Assembly (NCBI RefSeq): GCF_009914755.1
Contig: NC_060941.1
DNA from: the human T2T-CHM13v2.0 reference genome, Homo sapiens
DNA: 64,000 nt
Reading direction: 5' to 3' (one strand)
The notes beneath the pieces were generated by a model. It made no database searches. It saw only the letters and a program-made list of their open reading frames with translations, and was not told where the DNA came from. This document shows, piece by piece, positions 15,601 through 31,800 of the stretch. The first letter of the stretch is position 1; each line of letters starts with the position of its first letter. The translations under genes and the position numbers were made by a program.

Positions 15601-18600
15601 ATTCCATGCCACTCCACTCGGATTCATCCAATTCCATTCTAATCCATTCCATTCCATTCCAATCCATTCCAATCCAGTCGGGTTGACTGAATTCCATTCT
15701 ATTCATTTCCATTCCATTCCATTCCATTCCATTCCATTCCACTCGGGTTGATTCCAGTCCATTCCATTCCATTCGATTTCAGTTGATTCTATTCCTTTCT
15801 ATTCCATTCAATGCCATTCCATTCCATTCCATTCCATTCGAGTTGATTCCGTTATATTCCATTCCATTCCACTCGAGTTCATTCCATTCTGTTGTATTCC
15901 ATTCCATTCCATTCCATTCCATTCCATTCTATTCCATACCATTCCATTCCATTGCATTCCACTCAGGTTGATTCTATTCCATTCTGTTGCATTCCATTCC
16001 ATTGCATTCCACTCGGGTTGATTCAATTCCATTCTATTCCATTCCATTCCATTCCTTCCACGCGAGTTGATACAATTCCATTCTATTCCTTTCCTTTCAA
16101 TTCCATTCCATTCCATTCCACTCTGGTTGATTCCATTCTATTCCATGCCATTCTATTCCACTCGGTTTGATTCCTTTCCATTCCATTCCCTTCCATTTCA
16201 TTCCATTGTTTTCCTTTCCATTCCAAGTGATACAATTCCATTCTATTCGATTCCATTCCATTCCATTCCATTCCAGTTGATTCCATTCCATTCCTTTCGA
16301 TTCCATTCCATTTCATTCTATTCCATTCCACTCGTGTTGATTCCATTCTATTCCATTCCATTCCATTCCATTCCATTCCATTCCATTCCATTCCATTCCA
16401 GTCGTGTTGATTCCATTCCATTCCAGTCCATTCCATTCCACTCGGATGGATTCCATCCCATTCCATTCCATTCCATTCCATTCCATTCCATTCCATTCCA
16501 CTCGTGTTGATTCCATTCCATTCCATTCCATTCCATTCCATTCCATTCCACTGGAGTTGATTCCATTCCATTGCATTCCTTTCCACTTCATTCCATTCCA
16601 TTACTCTAAGGTTGAGTCAATTCCGTTCTTTTCCATGCCATTCCATTCCATTCCATTCCATTCCATTCCATTCCATTCCATCAGGGTTAATTCATATCCA
16701 TTCTATTCCATTCCTTTCCATTCCATTCCATTCCACTCGTGCTGATTCAATTCCATTCTATTCCATTCCATTCCATTCCATTCCTCTCGGATTCACTCCA
16801 TTCCATTCCCTTCCATTCCATTCCATTCCATTCCAGTTGATTCAATTCCATTCTATTACATGTCATTCCATTCTATTCCATTCCATTCCATTCCATTCCA
16901 TTCCATTCCATTCCATTCCTTTCCACTTCGGTTGAATTCATTCCACTCCATTCCAATCCATTCCATTCCATTCCATTCCATTCCATTCCATTCTACTCGG
17001 GTTGATTCAATTCCATTCTATTGCTTTCCATTCCATTCCAATCCATTCCATTCCATTGCAGTTGATTGAATTCTATTCTAATTCATTGCTTTCCATTCCA
17101 TTCCATTCCATCCCAGTTGATTTAATTCCATTCTATTCCGTTCCGTTCTATTCCAGTTGATTCAATTCCATTCTATTCCATTCCATTCCATTTCGTTCCA
17201 TTTCATTCCATTCCATTCCACTCGGGTTGATTCAGTTCTATTCCATTCCATTAAATTCCATTCCAATAGGGTTGATTCAATTCCATTCTATTCCATTCCA
17301 TCGCACTCCTTTCCATTCCATTCTATTCCATTCCATTCAGTTCCATTCCATTCCATTCCATTGCATTCCAGTTGATTCCATTCCATTCCATTCCATTCTA
17401 TTCCATTCAATTCGATTCGAGGCCAGTTGATTCAACTTCATTCTATTCCACTCCATTCTATACCATTTCATTCCATTAAATTCCATTCCACTAGGCTTGA
17501 TTCAATTATATTCCATTCCATTCCATTCCATTCCATTCCATTCCATTCCATTCCATTCCATTCCATTCCATTCCATTCGGGTTGATTCCATTGCATTCCA
17601 TTCCATTCCATTCCATTCCATTCCATTCCATTCCACTAGGGTGGATTCCATTGCACTCCATTCCAATCCATTCCATTGCTTTTCTTCCATTCCACTGGGG
17701 TTGATTCCATTCCATTTCATTCCTTTCTATTTCATTCCATTCCATTACTCTGGGGTTGATTCAATTCCGTTCTATTCCATGCCATTCCATTCCATTCCAT
17801 TGCATTCCATTCCATTCCATTCCATTAGGGTTAATTCAAATCCATTCTATTCCATTCCTTTCCATTCCATTCCATTCCACTCGTGTTGATTCAATTCCAT
17901 TCTATTCCATTCCATTCCATTCCATTCCATTCCATTGCATTCCATTCCATTCCAGTTGATTGAATTCCATTCTATTACATGTCATTCCATTCTATTCCAT
18001 TACTTTCCATTCCATTCCAATCCATTCTATTCCAGATTATTCAATTCCATACTATTCCATTCCTGTACATTCCATTCCAGTCCATTCCATTCCATTTCAT
18101 TCCATTGCATTCGAGTTTCTTCCATTAAATTCCATTCCATTCCATTGAATTCCATTCTGTTCCATTCCATTCCACTCGCTTTGTTTCCATTCCATTCCAT
18201 TCCATTCCAGTTGATTCAATTCCATTCTGTTCCATTCGGATCCATTCCATTCCATACAATTCCATTACATTCCATTCAAATTGATTCCATTACATTCCCT
18301 TCCAATCCATTGCATTCCATTCCATTCCATTACATTCCACTCCACTCGGATTGATTCAATTCCATTCTATTCCATTCCATTCCATTCCATTTAATTCCTT
18401 TCGATTCCATTGCATTCCATTCCACTTGGGTTGAATTCATTCCACTCCATTCCATTCCATTCCATTCCATTACATTCCGTTCCGTTCCTTTGATTGGCGT
18501 TGCATTCCACTGCATTCCATTCCATTCCATTCCATTCCATTCTACTCGGGTTGACTTAATTCCATTCTATTGCTTTCCATTCCATTCCAATCCGTTCCAT

Positions 18601-19262
18601 TCCATTGCAGTTGATTGAATTCTATTGTAATTCATTCCTTTCCATTCCATTCCATTCCATCCCAGTTGATTTAATTCCATTCTATTCCATTCCATTGCAT
18701 TCCATTCCATTCCAGTTGATTCAATTCCATTCTATTCCATTCCATTCCATTTCGTTCCATTTCATTGCATTCCATTCCACTCGATTTGATTCAGTTCTAT
18801 TCCATTCCATTAAATTCCATTCCACTAGGGTTGATTCATTTCCATTCTATTCCATTCCATCGCAATCCATTCCATTCCATTAAATTCCATTCCACTAGGG
18901 TTGATTCATTTCCATTCTATTCCATTCCATCGCACTCCATTCCATTCCATTCTATTCCATTCCATTCCGTTCCATTCCATTCCATTCCACTGCATTCCAG
19001 TTGATTCCATTCCATTCCATTCCATTCTTTCTATTCCATTCAATTCTATTCGAGTCCAGTTGATTCAATTTCATTCTATTCCTCTCCATTCTATACCATT
19101 TCATTCCATTCCACTAGGCTTGATTCAATTCTGTTCCATTCCATTCTATTCCATTCCATTCCATTCCATTCCATTCCATTCCATTCCATTCCACTAGGTT
19201 TGATTCAATTCCATTCCCTTCCGTTCCAATCCATTCCATTCCATTCTATTCCTTTAAATTCC
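9622..19262 (+). repeat. ~9.6-kb higher-order repeat, copy 2 (9641 bp)
   Basis: Colinear with copy 1. Differences are mainly whole-pentamer gains or losses in pure ATTCC runs. Confidence 0.96.
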
Positions 19263-22200
19263 TTTGCTTTCTACTCGGGTTAATTCTATTCCATTCTTTT
19301 CCATTGCATTCCATACCATTCCATTCCATTCCACTCCACTCGGGTTCATCCAATTCCATTCCATTCCATTCCATTCCATTCCATTCCATTCCATTCCAAT
19401 CCATTCCACTCCAGTCGGGTTGACTCAATTCCATTCTATTCATTACCATTCCATTCCATTCCATTCCTTTCCATTGCATTCCATTCCATTCCATTCCATT
19501 CCATTCCATTCCTTTCCATTCCATTACATTGCATTCCATTCCACTCGGGTTGATTCCATTCCATTCCATTCCATTCCATTCCAATCCATTCCCTTCCATT
19601 GCATTTCATTTGATTCCATTCCATTCCATTCCATTCCATTCCATTCCATTCCATTCCAATCCATTGCCCTCCATTCCATTGCATTCCACTCTCCTTGATT
19701 CAATTGTATTCCATTCCATTCCATTCCATTCCACTACATTCCATTCCATTACACTCGGTTTGATTCCATTCCATTCCATTCCATTCCATTCCATTCCATT
19801 CCATTCCATTCCTTTCCAGTTGATTCAATTCCATTCTATTCCATTCTTTTTCATTCCATTCCTTTCCATTCCATTCCAATCCAGTTCATTCCATTCCATT
19901 CCATTCCAATCCATTCCAGTTTATTCCATTCCATTCCATTCCCTTCGATTCGATTCCATTCCATTCCATTGCATACCATTCCGTTCCACTCAGATTGATC
20001 GAATTCCAATCTATTTCATTCCATTCCATTCCATTCCACTCGGGTTGATTCCATTCCATTCCATTCCTTACAATTCAAATCCATTCCGTTCCATTTGATT
20101 CAATTCCATTCTATTCCATTTCACTCGATTCCATTCCATTCCATTCCAATCCATTCCATTCCTTTCCACTCTGTTTGATTCCATTCCATTCCTTGCCATT
20201 CGCTTCCATTCCATCCCATTCCACTCTGGATGATTCCATTCTATTCCATTCCATTCCATTCAGTTCCACTCCATTCGATTCCACTCGTGTTGATTCCATT
20301 CCATTCCATTCCATTACATTCCATCCATTCCAGTTGATTCAATTCAATTCTATTCCATTCCATTCCATTTCTTTCCATTTCATTCCATTCCATTCCACTC
20401 GGGTTGATTCAGTTCTATTCCATTCCATTAAATTCTATTCCGTTCCATCGCACTCCATTCCATTACCTTCTATTCCATTCCAATCCATTCCATTCCATTC
20501 CATTGCATTACAGTTGATTCCATTCCATTCCATTCCATTCTATTCCATTCAATTCCATTCGAGTCCAGTTGATTCAATTCCATTCTATTCCACTACATTG
20601 TATTCCATTTCATTCCATTAAATTCCATTCCACTAGGCTTGATTCAATACTATTCCATTCCATTCCATTCCATTCTACTAGGTTTGATTCAATTCCATTC
20701 CCTTCCGTTCCAATCCATTCTATTCCATTCCATTCCTGTAATTTCCTTTGCATTCCACTCGGGTTGATTCTATTCCACTCTATTCCATTCCATTCCACAC
20801 CATTCCATTCTATTCCATTCCATTCCACTCCACTCGGGTTCATCCAATTCCATTCTAATCCATTCCATTCCATTCCAATCCATTCCACTCCAGTCGGGTT
20901 GACTGAATTCCATTCTATTCATTTCCATTCCATTCCATTCCATTCCATTCCATTCCATTCCATTCCATTCCTTTCCGTTGCATTCCGTTCCATTCCAATC
21001 CTTTCCATTGCATTCCATTCCACTCGGGTTGACTCCATTCCATTCCATTCCATGCCATTCCAATCCATTCCATTCCACTCGGTTTGATTCTATTCCATTC
21101 AATTCCATTCCATTCCACACTATTGCATTCCATTCCATTCCATTCCACTCTACTCAGGTTCATTCAATTCCATTCTATTCCATTGCATTCCATTCCATTC
21201 CAAATCATTCCACTCCATTCGGTTTCACTCAATTCCATTCTATTCATTTCCATTCCATTCCTTTCCATTGCATTCCATTCCATTCCTTTCCATTCCATTC
21301 CATTCCACTCGAATTGATTCATTTCCATTCCATTCCTTTCCATTCCACTCCACTCCATTCCATTCCTTTCCATTCCACTCCACTCCATTCCATTCCATTC
21401 CATTCCATTCCATTCCATTCCATTCCAGTTGATTCAATTCCATACTATTGTATTCTTTTCTATTCTATTTGATTCCATTCCATTCCATTCCTCTCGGATG
21501 GATTCCATTCCATTCCATTCCATTCCATTCCATTCCATTCCGTTCCATTCCATTCGTGTTGTTTCCATTCCATTCCATTCCATTCCATTCGAATTCATTC
21601 CATTCCTCTTCATGTCACTCGGATTGATTTAATTCCATTCCAACCCATTCCATTCCACTCCATTACATTCGATAACATTACATTCCAGTCAGTTTGATTC
21701 AACTCCATTCCATTCCATTCCATTCCATTCCATTCCATTCCTTTCTATTACACGGCGGTTGATTCCATTCCATTCCCTTCCATTCCATTCCACTCGAATG
21801 GATTCAATTCCATTGTGTTCCAATCCATTCCATTCCATTCCATTCCACTCGGGTTGATTCCATTCCATTCCATTCCATTCCATTCCATTCCATTCCATTC
21901 CATTCCATTCCATTCCATTCCACTAGGGTTGATTTCCTTGCATTCCATTCGAATCCATTCCATTCCATTCCATTCCATTCCATTCCATTCCATTCCAATC
22001 CATTCCACTCGGGTTGTTTCCATTCCATTTCATTCCTTTCCATTCCATTCCATTCCATTCCACTCGGGTTGATTCAATTCCATTCTATTCCAGTCCATTC
22101 CGTTTCATTCCATTCCACTCGGGTTGATTCCAGTCCATTCCATTCCATTCCATTCCATTCGATTTCAGTTGATTCTATTCATTTCTATTCGATTCAATGC

Positions 22201-25200
22201 CATTCCATTCCATTCCATTACATTCCAGTTGAATCCGTTATATTCCATTCCATTCCATTCCACTTGGGTTCATTCCATTCTGTTGTATTCCATTCCATTC
22301 CATTCTATTCCATACCATTCCATTCCATTGCATTCCACTCGGGTTGATTCTATTCCATTCTGTTCCATTACATTGCATTCCACTCCGTTCCATTCCATTG
22401 CATTCCACTCGGGTTGATTCAATTCCATTCTATTCCATTCCATTCCATTCGTTTCCACGTGAGTTGATACAATTCCATTCTATTCCTTTCCTTTCAATTC
22501 CATTCCATTCCGTTCCACTCTGGTTGATTCCATTCCATTCCATGCCATTCTATTCCACTCGGTTTGACTCCTTTCCATTCCATTCCCTTCCATTTCAATC
22601 CATTGCTTTCCTTTCCATTCCAATTAATACAATTCCATTCTATTCGATTCCATTCCATTCCATTCCATTCCATTCCATTCCATTCCATTCCATTCCAGTT
22701 GATTCCATTCCATTCCTTTCGATTCCATTCCATTCCATTCCATTGCATTCCATTCCATTCCATTGCACTCGGGTTGATTCCATTCCATTCCAGTCCATTC
22801 CACTCCACTCGGATGGATTCCATTCCATTCCATTGCATTCCATTCCATTCCATTCCACCCGGGTTGATTCCATTCCATTCCATTCCATTCCATTCCATTC
22901 CATTCCATTCCATTCCATTCCACTAGGGTGGATTCCATTGCATTCCATTCCTATCCATTCCATTCCTTTCCATTCCATTCCACTGGGGTTGATTCCACTC
23001 CATTTCATTCCTTTCCATTTCATTCCATTCCATTACTCTCGGGTTGATTCAATTCCGTTCTGTTCCATGCCATTCCATTCCATTCCTTTGTATTCCATTC
23101 CATTACATTCCATTATGGTTAATTCAAATCCATTCTATTCCATTGCTTTCCATTCCATTCCATTCCACTCGTGCTGATTCAATTCCATTCTATTCCATTC
23201 TATTCCATTCCATTCCATTCCATTCCATTCCATTCCATTCCACTCGGGTTCACTCCATTCCATTCCATTCCATTCCATTCCATTCCATTCCATTCCATTC
23301 CAGTTGATTCAATTCCATTCTATTACATGTCATTCCATTCTATTCCATTACTTTCCATTACATTCCATTCCATTCTATTCCAGATTATTCAATTCCATAC
23401 TATTCCATTCCATTCCATTCCATTCCAGTCCATTCCATTCCATTTCATTCCATTGCATTGGAGTTTCTTCCATTCCATTCTATTCCATTCCATTGAATTC
23501 CATTCCGTTCCATTCCATTCCACTCGCTTTGTTTCCATTCCATTCCATCCCACTCCCTTCCATTCCATTCTATTCGATTCCATTCCATTCCATTCGATTC
23601 CATTCCATTCCAGTACATTACATTCCAGTTGATTCAATTCCATTCTGTTCCATTCGGATCCATTCCATTCCATTCCGTTCAATTCCATTCCATTGCATTC
23701 CAGTTGATTCAATTCCATTCTATTCCATTCCGTTCCATTCCATACAATTCCATTCCATTCCATTCCAATTGATTCCATTCCATTCCCTTCCAATCCGTTG
23801 CATTCCATTCCATTCCATTCCACTCGGATTGATACAATTCCATTCTATTCCATTCCATTCCATTTAATTCCATTCCATTCCATTCCATTTAATTCCATTC
23901 CATTCCATTCCATTGCTTTCCATTCCACTTGGGTTGAATTCATTCCACTGCATTCCATTCCATTCCATTCCACTACATTCCATTCCTTTCCTTTGATTGG
24001 CATTGCATTCCATTGCATTCCATTCCATTCCATTCCATTCTACTCGGGTTGATTCAATTCCATTCTATTGCTTTCCATTCCATTCCAATCCGTTCCATTC
24101 CATTGCAGTTGATTGAATTCTATTCTAATTCATTGCTTTCCATTCAATTCCATTCCATCCCAGTTGATTTAATTCCATTGTATTCCATTCTATTCCATTC
24201 CATTGCATTCCATTCCATTCCAGTTGATTCAATTCCATTCTATTCCATTGCATTCCATTTCGTTCCATTTCATTCCATTCCATTCCACTCGGGTTGATTC
24301 AGTTCGATTCCATTGCATTAAATTCCATTCCACTTGGGTTGATTCAATTCCATTCTATTCCGTTTCATCGCACTCCATTCCATTCCATTCCATTCCATTC
24401 CATTCCATTGCATTACAGTTGATTCCATTCCTTTCCATTCCATTCTATTCCATTCAATTCCATTCGAGTCCGGTTGATTCAATTCCATTCTATTCCACTC
24501 CATTCTATTCCATTTCATTCCATTAAATTCCCTTCCACTAGGCTTGATTCAATTCTATTCCATTCCATTCCACTAGGTTTGATTCAATTCCATTCCCTTC
24601 CGTTCCAATCCATTCCATTCCATTCCACTCCTTTAATTTCCTTTGCATTCCACTCGGGTTGATTCTATTCCATTCTATTCCATTCCATTCCACACCATTC
24701 CATTCTATTCCATTCCATTCCACTCCACTCGGGTTCATCCAATTCCATGCTAATCCATTCCATTCCATTACATTCCATTCCAATCCATTCCACTCCAGTC
24801 AGGTTGACTGAATTCCATTCTATTCATTTCCATTCCATTCCATTACATTCCATTCCTTTCCGTTGCATTCCATTCCATTCCAATCCTTTCCATTCCTTTC
24901 CATTGCGTTCCATTCCCCTCGGGTTGATTCCATTCCATTCCATTCTATTCCATTCAATTCCATTCCAGTTGATTCAATTCCTTTCTATTCCACTCCATTC
25001 TATTCCATTTCATTCCATTAAATTCCATTCCACTAGGCTTGATTCAATTCTATTCCATTCCATTCCATTCCATTCCATTCCATTCCATTCCATTCCATTC
25101 CATTCCAGTAGGTTTGATTCAATTCCATTCCCTTCCCTTCCAATCCATTCCATTCCATTCCATTCCTTTAATTTCCTTTGCATTCCACTCGGGTTGATTC

Positions 25201-28200
25201 TATTCCATTCTATTCCATTCCATTTAACACCATTCCATTCTATTCCATTCCATGCCACTCCACTCGGATTCATCCAATTCCATTCTAATCCATTCCATTC
25301 CATTCCAATCCATTCCAATCCAGTCGGGTTGACTGAATTCCATTCTATTCATTTCCATTCCATTCCATTCCATTCCATTCCATTCCACTCGGGTTGATTC
25401 CAGTCCATTCCATTCCATTCGATTTCAGTTGATTCTATTCCTTTCTATTCCATTCAATGCCATTCCATTCCATTCCATTCCATTCGAGTTGATTCCGTTA
25501 TATTCCATTCCATTCCACTCGAGTTCATTCCATTCTGTTGTATTCCATTCCATTCCATTCCATTCCATTCCATTCTATTCCATACCATTCCATTCCATTG
25601 CATTCCACTCAGGTTGATTCTATTCCATTCTGTTGCATTCCATTCCATTGCATTCCACTCGGGTTGATTCAATTCCATTCTATTCCATTCCATTCCATTC
25701 CTTCCACGCGAGTTGATACAATTCCATTCTATTCCTTTCCTTTCAATTCCATTCCATTCCATTCCACTCTGGTTGATTCCATTCTATTCCATGCCATTCT
25801 ATTCCACTCGGTTTGATTCCTTTCCATTCCATTCCCTTCCATTTCATTCCATTGTTTTCCTTTCCATTCCAAGTGATACAATTCCATTCTATTCGATTCC
25901 ATTCCATTCCATTCCATTCCAGTTGATTCCATTCCATTCCTTTCGATTCCATTCCATTTCATTCTATTCCATTCCACTCGTGTTGATTCCATTCTATTCC
26001 ATTCCATTCCATTCCATTCCATTCCATTCCATTCCATTCCATTCCAGTCGTGTTGATTCCATTCCATTCCAGTCCATTCCATTCCACTCGGATGGATTCC
26101 ATCCCATTCCATTCCATTCCATTCCATTCCATTCCATTCCATTCCATTCCATTCCACTCGTGTTGATTCCATTCCATTCCATTCCATTCCATTCCATTCC
26201 ACTGGAGTTGATTCCATTCCATTGCATTCCTTTCCACTTCATTCCATTCCATTACTCTAAGGTTGAGTCAATTCCGTTCTTTTCCATGCCATTCCATTCC
26301 ATTCCATTCCATTCCATTCCATTCCATTCCATCAGGGTTAATTCATATCCATTCTATTCCATTCCTTTCCATTCCATTCCATTCCACTCGTGCTGATTCA
26401 ATTCCATTCTATTCCATTCCATTCCATTCCATTCCTCTCGGATTCACTCCATTCCATTCCCTTCCATTCCATTCCATTCCATTCCAGTTGATTCAATTCC
26501 ATTCTATTACATGTCATTCCATTCTATTCCATTCCATTCCATTCCATTCCATTCCATTCCATTCCATTCCATTCCTTTCCACTTCGGTTGAATTCATTCC
26601 ACTCCATTCCAATCCATTCCATTCCATTCCATTCCATTCCATTCCATTCTACTCGGGTTGATTCAATTCCATTCTATTGCTTTCCATTCCATTCCAATCC
26701 ATTCCATTCCATTGCAGTTGATTGAATTCTATTCTAATTCATTGCTTTCCATTCCATTCCATTCCATCCCAGTTGATTTAATTCCATTCTATTCCGTTCC
26801 GTTCTATTCCAGTTGATTCAATTCCATTCTATTCCATTCCATTCCATTTCGTTCCATTTCATTCCATTCCATTCCACTCGGGTTGATTCAGTTCTATTCC
26901 ATTCCATTAAATTCCATTCCAATAGGGTTGATTCAATTCCATTCTATTCCATTCCATCGCACTCCTTTCCATTCCATTCTATTCCATTCCATTCAGTTCC
27001 ATTCCATTCCATTCCATTGCATTCCAGTTGATTCCATTCCATTCCATTCCATTCTATTCCATTCAATTCGATTCGAGGCCAGTTGATTCAACTTCATTCT
27101 ATTCCACTCCATTCTATACCATTTCATTCCATTAAATTCCATTCCACTAGGCTTGATTCAATTATATTCCATTCCATTCCATTCCATTCCATTCCATTCC
27201 ATTCCATTCCATTCCATTCCATTCGGGTTGATTCCATTGCATTCCATTCCATTCCATTCCATTCCATTCCATTCCATTCCATTCCACTAGGGTGGATTCC
27301 ATTGCACTCCATTCCAATCCATTCCATTGCTTTTCTTCCATTCCACTGGGGTTGATTCCATTCCATTTCATTCCTTTCTATTTCATTCCATTCCATTACT
27401 CTGGGGTTGATTCAATTCCGTTCTATTCCATGCCATTCCATTCCATTCCATTGCATTCCATTCCATTCCATTCCATTAGGGTTAATTCAAATCCATTCTA
27501 TTCCATTCCTTTCCATTCCATTCCATTCCACTCGTGTTGATTCAATTCCATTCTATTCCATTCCATTCCATTCCATTCCATTCCATTGCATTCCATTCCA
27601 TTCCAGTTGATTGAATTCCATTCTATTACATGTCATTCCATTCTATTCCATTACTTTCCATTCCATTCCAATCCATTCTATTCCAGATTATTCAATTCCA
27701 TACTATTCCATTCCTGTACATTCCATTCCAGTCCATTCCATTCCATTTCATTCCATTGCATTCGAGTTTCTTCCATTAAATTCCATTCCATTCCATTGAA
27801 TTCCATTCTGTTCCATTCCATTCCACTCGCTTTGTTTCCATTCCATTCCATTCCATTCCAGTTGATTCAATTCCATTCTGTTCCATTCGGATCCATTCCA
27901 TTCCATACAATTCCATTACATTCCATTCAAATTGATTCCATTACATTCCCTTCCAATCCATTGCATTCCATTCCATTCCATTACATTCCACTCCACTCGG
28001 ATTGATTCAATTCCATTCTATTCCATTCCATTCCATTCCATTTAATTCCTTTCGATTCCATTGCATTCCATTCCACTTGGGTTGAATTCATTCCACTCCA
28101 TTCCATTCCATTCCATTCCATTACATTCCGTTCCGTTCCTTTGATTGGCGTTGCATTCCACTGCATTCCATTCCATTCCATTCCATTCCATTCTACTCGG

Positions 28201-28898
28201 GTTGACTTAATTCCATTCTATTGCTTTCCATTCCATTCCAATCCGTTCCATTCCATTGCAGTTGATTGAATTCTATTGTAATTCATTCCTTTCCATTCCA
28301 TTCCATTCCATCCCAGTTGATTTAATTCCATTCTATTCCATTCCATTGCATTCCATTCCATTCCAGTTGATTCAATTCCATTCTATTCCATTCCATTCCA
28401 TTTCGTTCCATTTCATTGCATTCCATTCCACTCGATTTGATTCAGTTCTATTCCATTCCATTAAATTCCATTCCACTAGGGTTGATTCATTTCCATTCTA
28501 TTCCATTCCATCGCAATCCATTCCATTCCATTAAATTCCATTCCACTAGGGTTGATTCATTTCCATTCTATTCCATTCCATCGCACTCCATTCCATTCCA
28601 TTCTATTCCATTCCATTCCGTTCCATTCCATTCCATTCCACTGCATTCCAGTTGATTCCATTCCATTCCATTCCATTCTTTCTATTCCATTCAATTCTAT
28701 TCGAGTCCAGTTGATTCAATTTCATTCTATTCCTCTCCATTCTATACCATTTCATTCCATTCCACTAGGCTTGATTCAATTCTGTTCCATTCCATTCTAT
28801 TCCATTCCATTCCATTCCATTCCATTCCACTAGGTTTGATTCAATTCCATTCCCTTCCGTTCCAATCCATTCCATTCCATTCTATTCCTTTAAATTCC
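19263..28898 (+). repeat. ~9.6-kb higher-order repeat, copy 3 (9636 bp)
   Basis: Colinear with copies 1-2. Private substitutions seen at ~19,983 (ccgttccact) and ~22,835 (cattgcattc). Confidence 0.96.
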
Positions 28899-31800
28899 TT
28901 TGCTTTCTACTCGGGTTAATTCTATTCCATTCTTTTCCATTGCATTCCATACCATTCCATTCCATTCCACTCCACTCGGGTTCATCCAATTCCATTCCAT
29001 TCCATTCCATTCCATTCCATTCCATTCCATTCCATTCCAATCCATTCCACTCCAGTCGGGTTGACTCAATTCCATTCTATTCATTACCATTCCATTCCAT
29101 TCCATTCCTTTCCATTGCATTCCATTCCATTCCATTCCATTCCATTCCATTCCTTTCCATTCCATTACATTGCATTCCATTCCACTCGGGTTGATTCCAT
29201 TCCATTCCATTCCATTCCATTCCAATCCATTCCCTTCCATTGCATTCCATTTGATTCCATTCCATTCCATTCCATTCCATTCCATTCCATTCCAATCCAT
29301 TGCCCTCCATTCCATTGCATTCCACTCTCCTTGATTCAATTGTATTCCATTCCATTCCATTCCATTCCACTACATTCCATTCCATTACACTCGGTTTGAT
29401 TCCATTCCATTCCATTCCATTCCATTCCATTCCATTCCATTCCATTCCTTTCCAGTTGATTCAATTCCATTCTATTCCATTCTTTTTCATTCCATTCCTT
29501 TCCATTCCATTCCAATCCAGTTCATTCCATTCCATTCCATTCCAATCCATTCCAGTTTATTCCATTCCATTCCATTCCCTTCGATTCGATTCCATTCCAT
29601 TCCATTGCATACCATTCCATTCCACTCAGATTGATCGAATTCCAATCTATTTCATTCCATTCCATTCCATTCCACTCGGGTTGATTCCATTCCATTCCAT
29701 TCCTTACAATTCAAATCCATTCCGTTCCATTTGATTCAATTCCATTCTATTCCATTTCACTCGATTCCATTCCATTCCATTCCAATCCATTCCATTCCTT
29801 TCCACTCTGTTTGATTCCATTCCATTCCTTGCCATTCGCTTCCATTCCATCCCATTCCACTCTGGATGATTCCATTCTATTCCATTCCATTCCATTCAGT
29901 TCCACTCCATTCGATTCCACTCGTGTTGATTCCATTCCATTCCATTCCATTACATTCCATCCATTCCAGTTGATTCAATTCAATTCTATTCCATTCCATT
30001 CCATTTCTTTCCATTTCATTCCATTCCATTCCACTCGGGTTGATTCAGTTCTATTCCATTCCATTAAATTCTATTCCGTTCCATCACACTCCATTCCATT
30101 ACCTTCTATTCCATTCCAATCCATTCCATTCCATTCCATTGCATTACAGTTGATTCCATTCCATTCCATTCCATTCTATTCCATTCAATTCCATTCGAGT
30201 CCAGTTGATTCAATTCCATTCTATTCCACTACATTGTATTCCATTTCATTCCATTAAATTCCATTCCACTAGGCTTGATTCAATACTATTCCATTCCATT
30301 CCATTCCATTCTACTAGGTTTGATTCAATTCCATTCCCTTCCGTTCCAATCCATTCTATTCCATTCCATTCCTGTAATTTCCTTTGCATTCCACTCGGGT
30401 TGATTCTATTCCACTCTATTCCATTCCATTCCACACCATTCCATTCTATTCCATTCCATTCCACTCCACTCGGGTTCATCCAATTCCATTCTAATCCATT
30501 CCATTCCATTCCAATCCATTCCACTCCAGTCGGGTTGACTGAATTCCATTCTATTCATTTCCATTCCATTCCATTCCATTCCATTCCATTCCATTCCATT
30601 CCTTTCCGTTGCATTCCGTTCCATTCCAATCCTTTCCATTGCATTCCATTCCACTCGGGTTGACTCCATTCCATTCCATTCCATGCCATTCCAATCCATT
30701 CCATTCCACTCGGTTTGATTCTATTCCATTCAATTCCATTCCATTCCACACTATTGCATTCCATTCCATTCCATTCCACTCTACTCAGGTTCATTCAATT
30801 CCATTCTATTCCATTGCATTCCATTCCATTCCAAATCATTCCACTCCATTCGGTTTCACTCAATTCCATTCTATTCATTTCCATTCCATTCCTTTCCATT
30901 GCATTCCATTCCATTCCTTTCCATTCCATTCCATTCCACTCGAATTGATTCATTTCCATTCCATTCCTTTCCATTCCACTCCACTCCATTCCATTCCTTT
31001 CCATTCCACTCCACTCCATTCCATTCCATTCCATTCCATTCCATTCCATTCCATTCCAGTTGATTCAATTCCATACTATTGTATTCTTTTCTATTCTATT
31101 TGATTCCATTCCATTCCATTCCTCTCGGATGGATTCCATTCCATTCCATTCCATTCCATTCCATTCCATTCCATTCCATTCCGTTCCATTCCATTCGTGT
31201 TGTTTCCATTCCATTCCATTCCATTCCATTCGAATTCATTCCATTCCTCTTCATGTCACTCGGATTGATTTAATTCCATTCCAACCCATTCCATTCCACT
31301 CCATTACATTCGATAACATTACATTCCAGTCAGTTTGATTCAACTCCATTCCATTCCATTCCATTCCATTCCATTCCATTCCTTTCTATTACACGGCGGT
31401 TGATTCCATTCCATTCCCTTCCATTCCATTCCACTCGAATGGATTCAATTCCATTGTGTTCCATTCCATTCCATTCCATTCCATTCCACTCGGGTTGATT
31501 CCATTCCATTCCATTCCATTCCATTCCATTCCATTCCATTCCATTCCATTCCATTCCATTCCACTAGGGTTGATTTCCTTGCATTCCATTCGAATCCATT
31601 CCATTCCATTCCATTCCATTCCATTCCATTCCAATCCATTCCACTCGGGTTGTTTCCATTCCATTTCATTCCTTTCCATTCCATTCCATTCCATTCCACT
31701 CGGGTTGATTCAATTCCATTCTATTCCAGTCCATTCCGTTTCATTCCATTCCACTCGGGTTGATTCCAGTCCATTCCATTCCATTCCATTCCATTCGATT

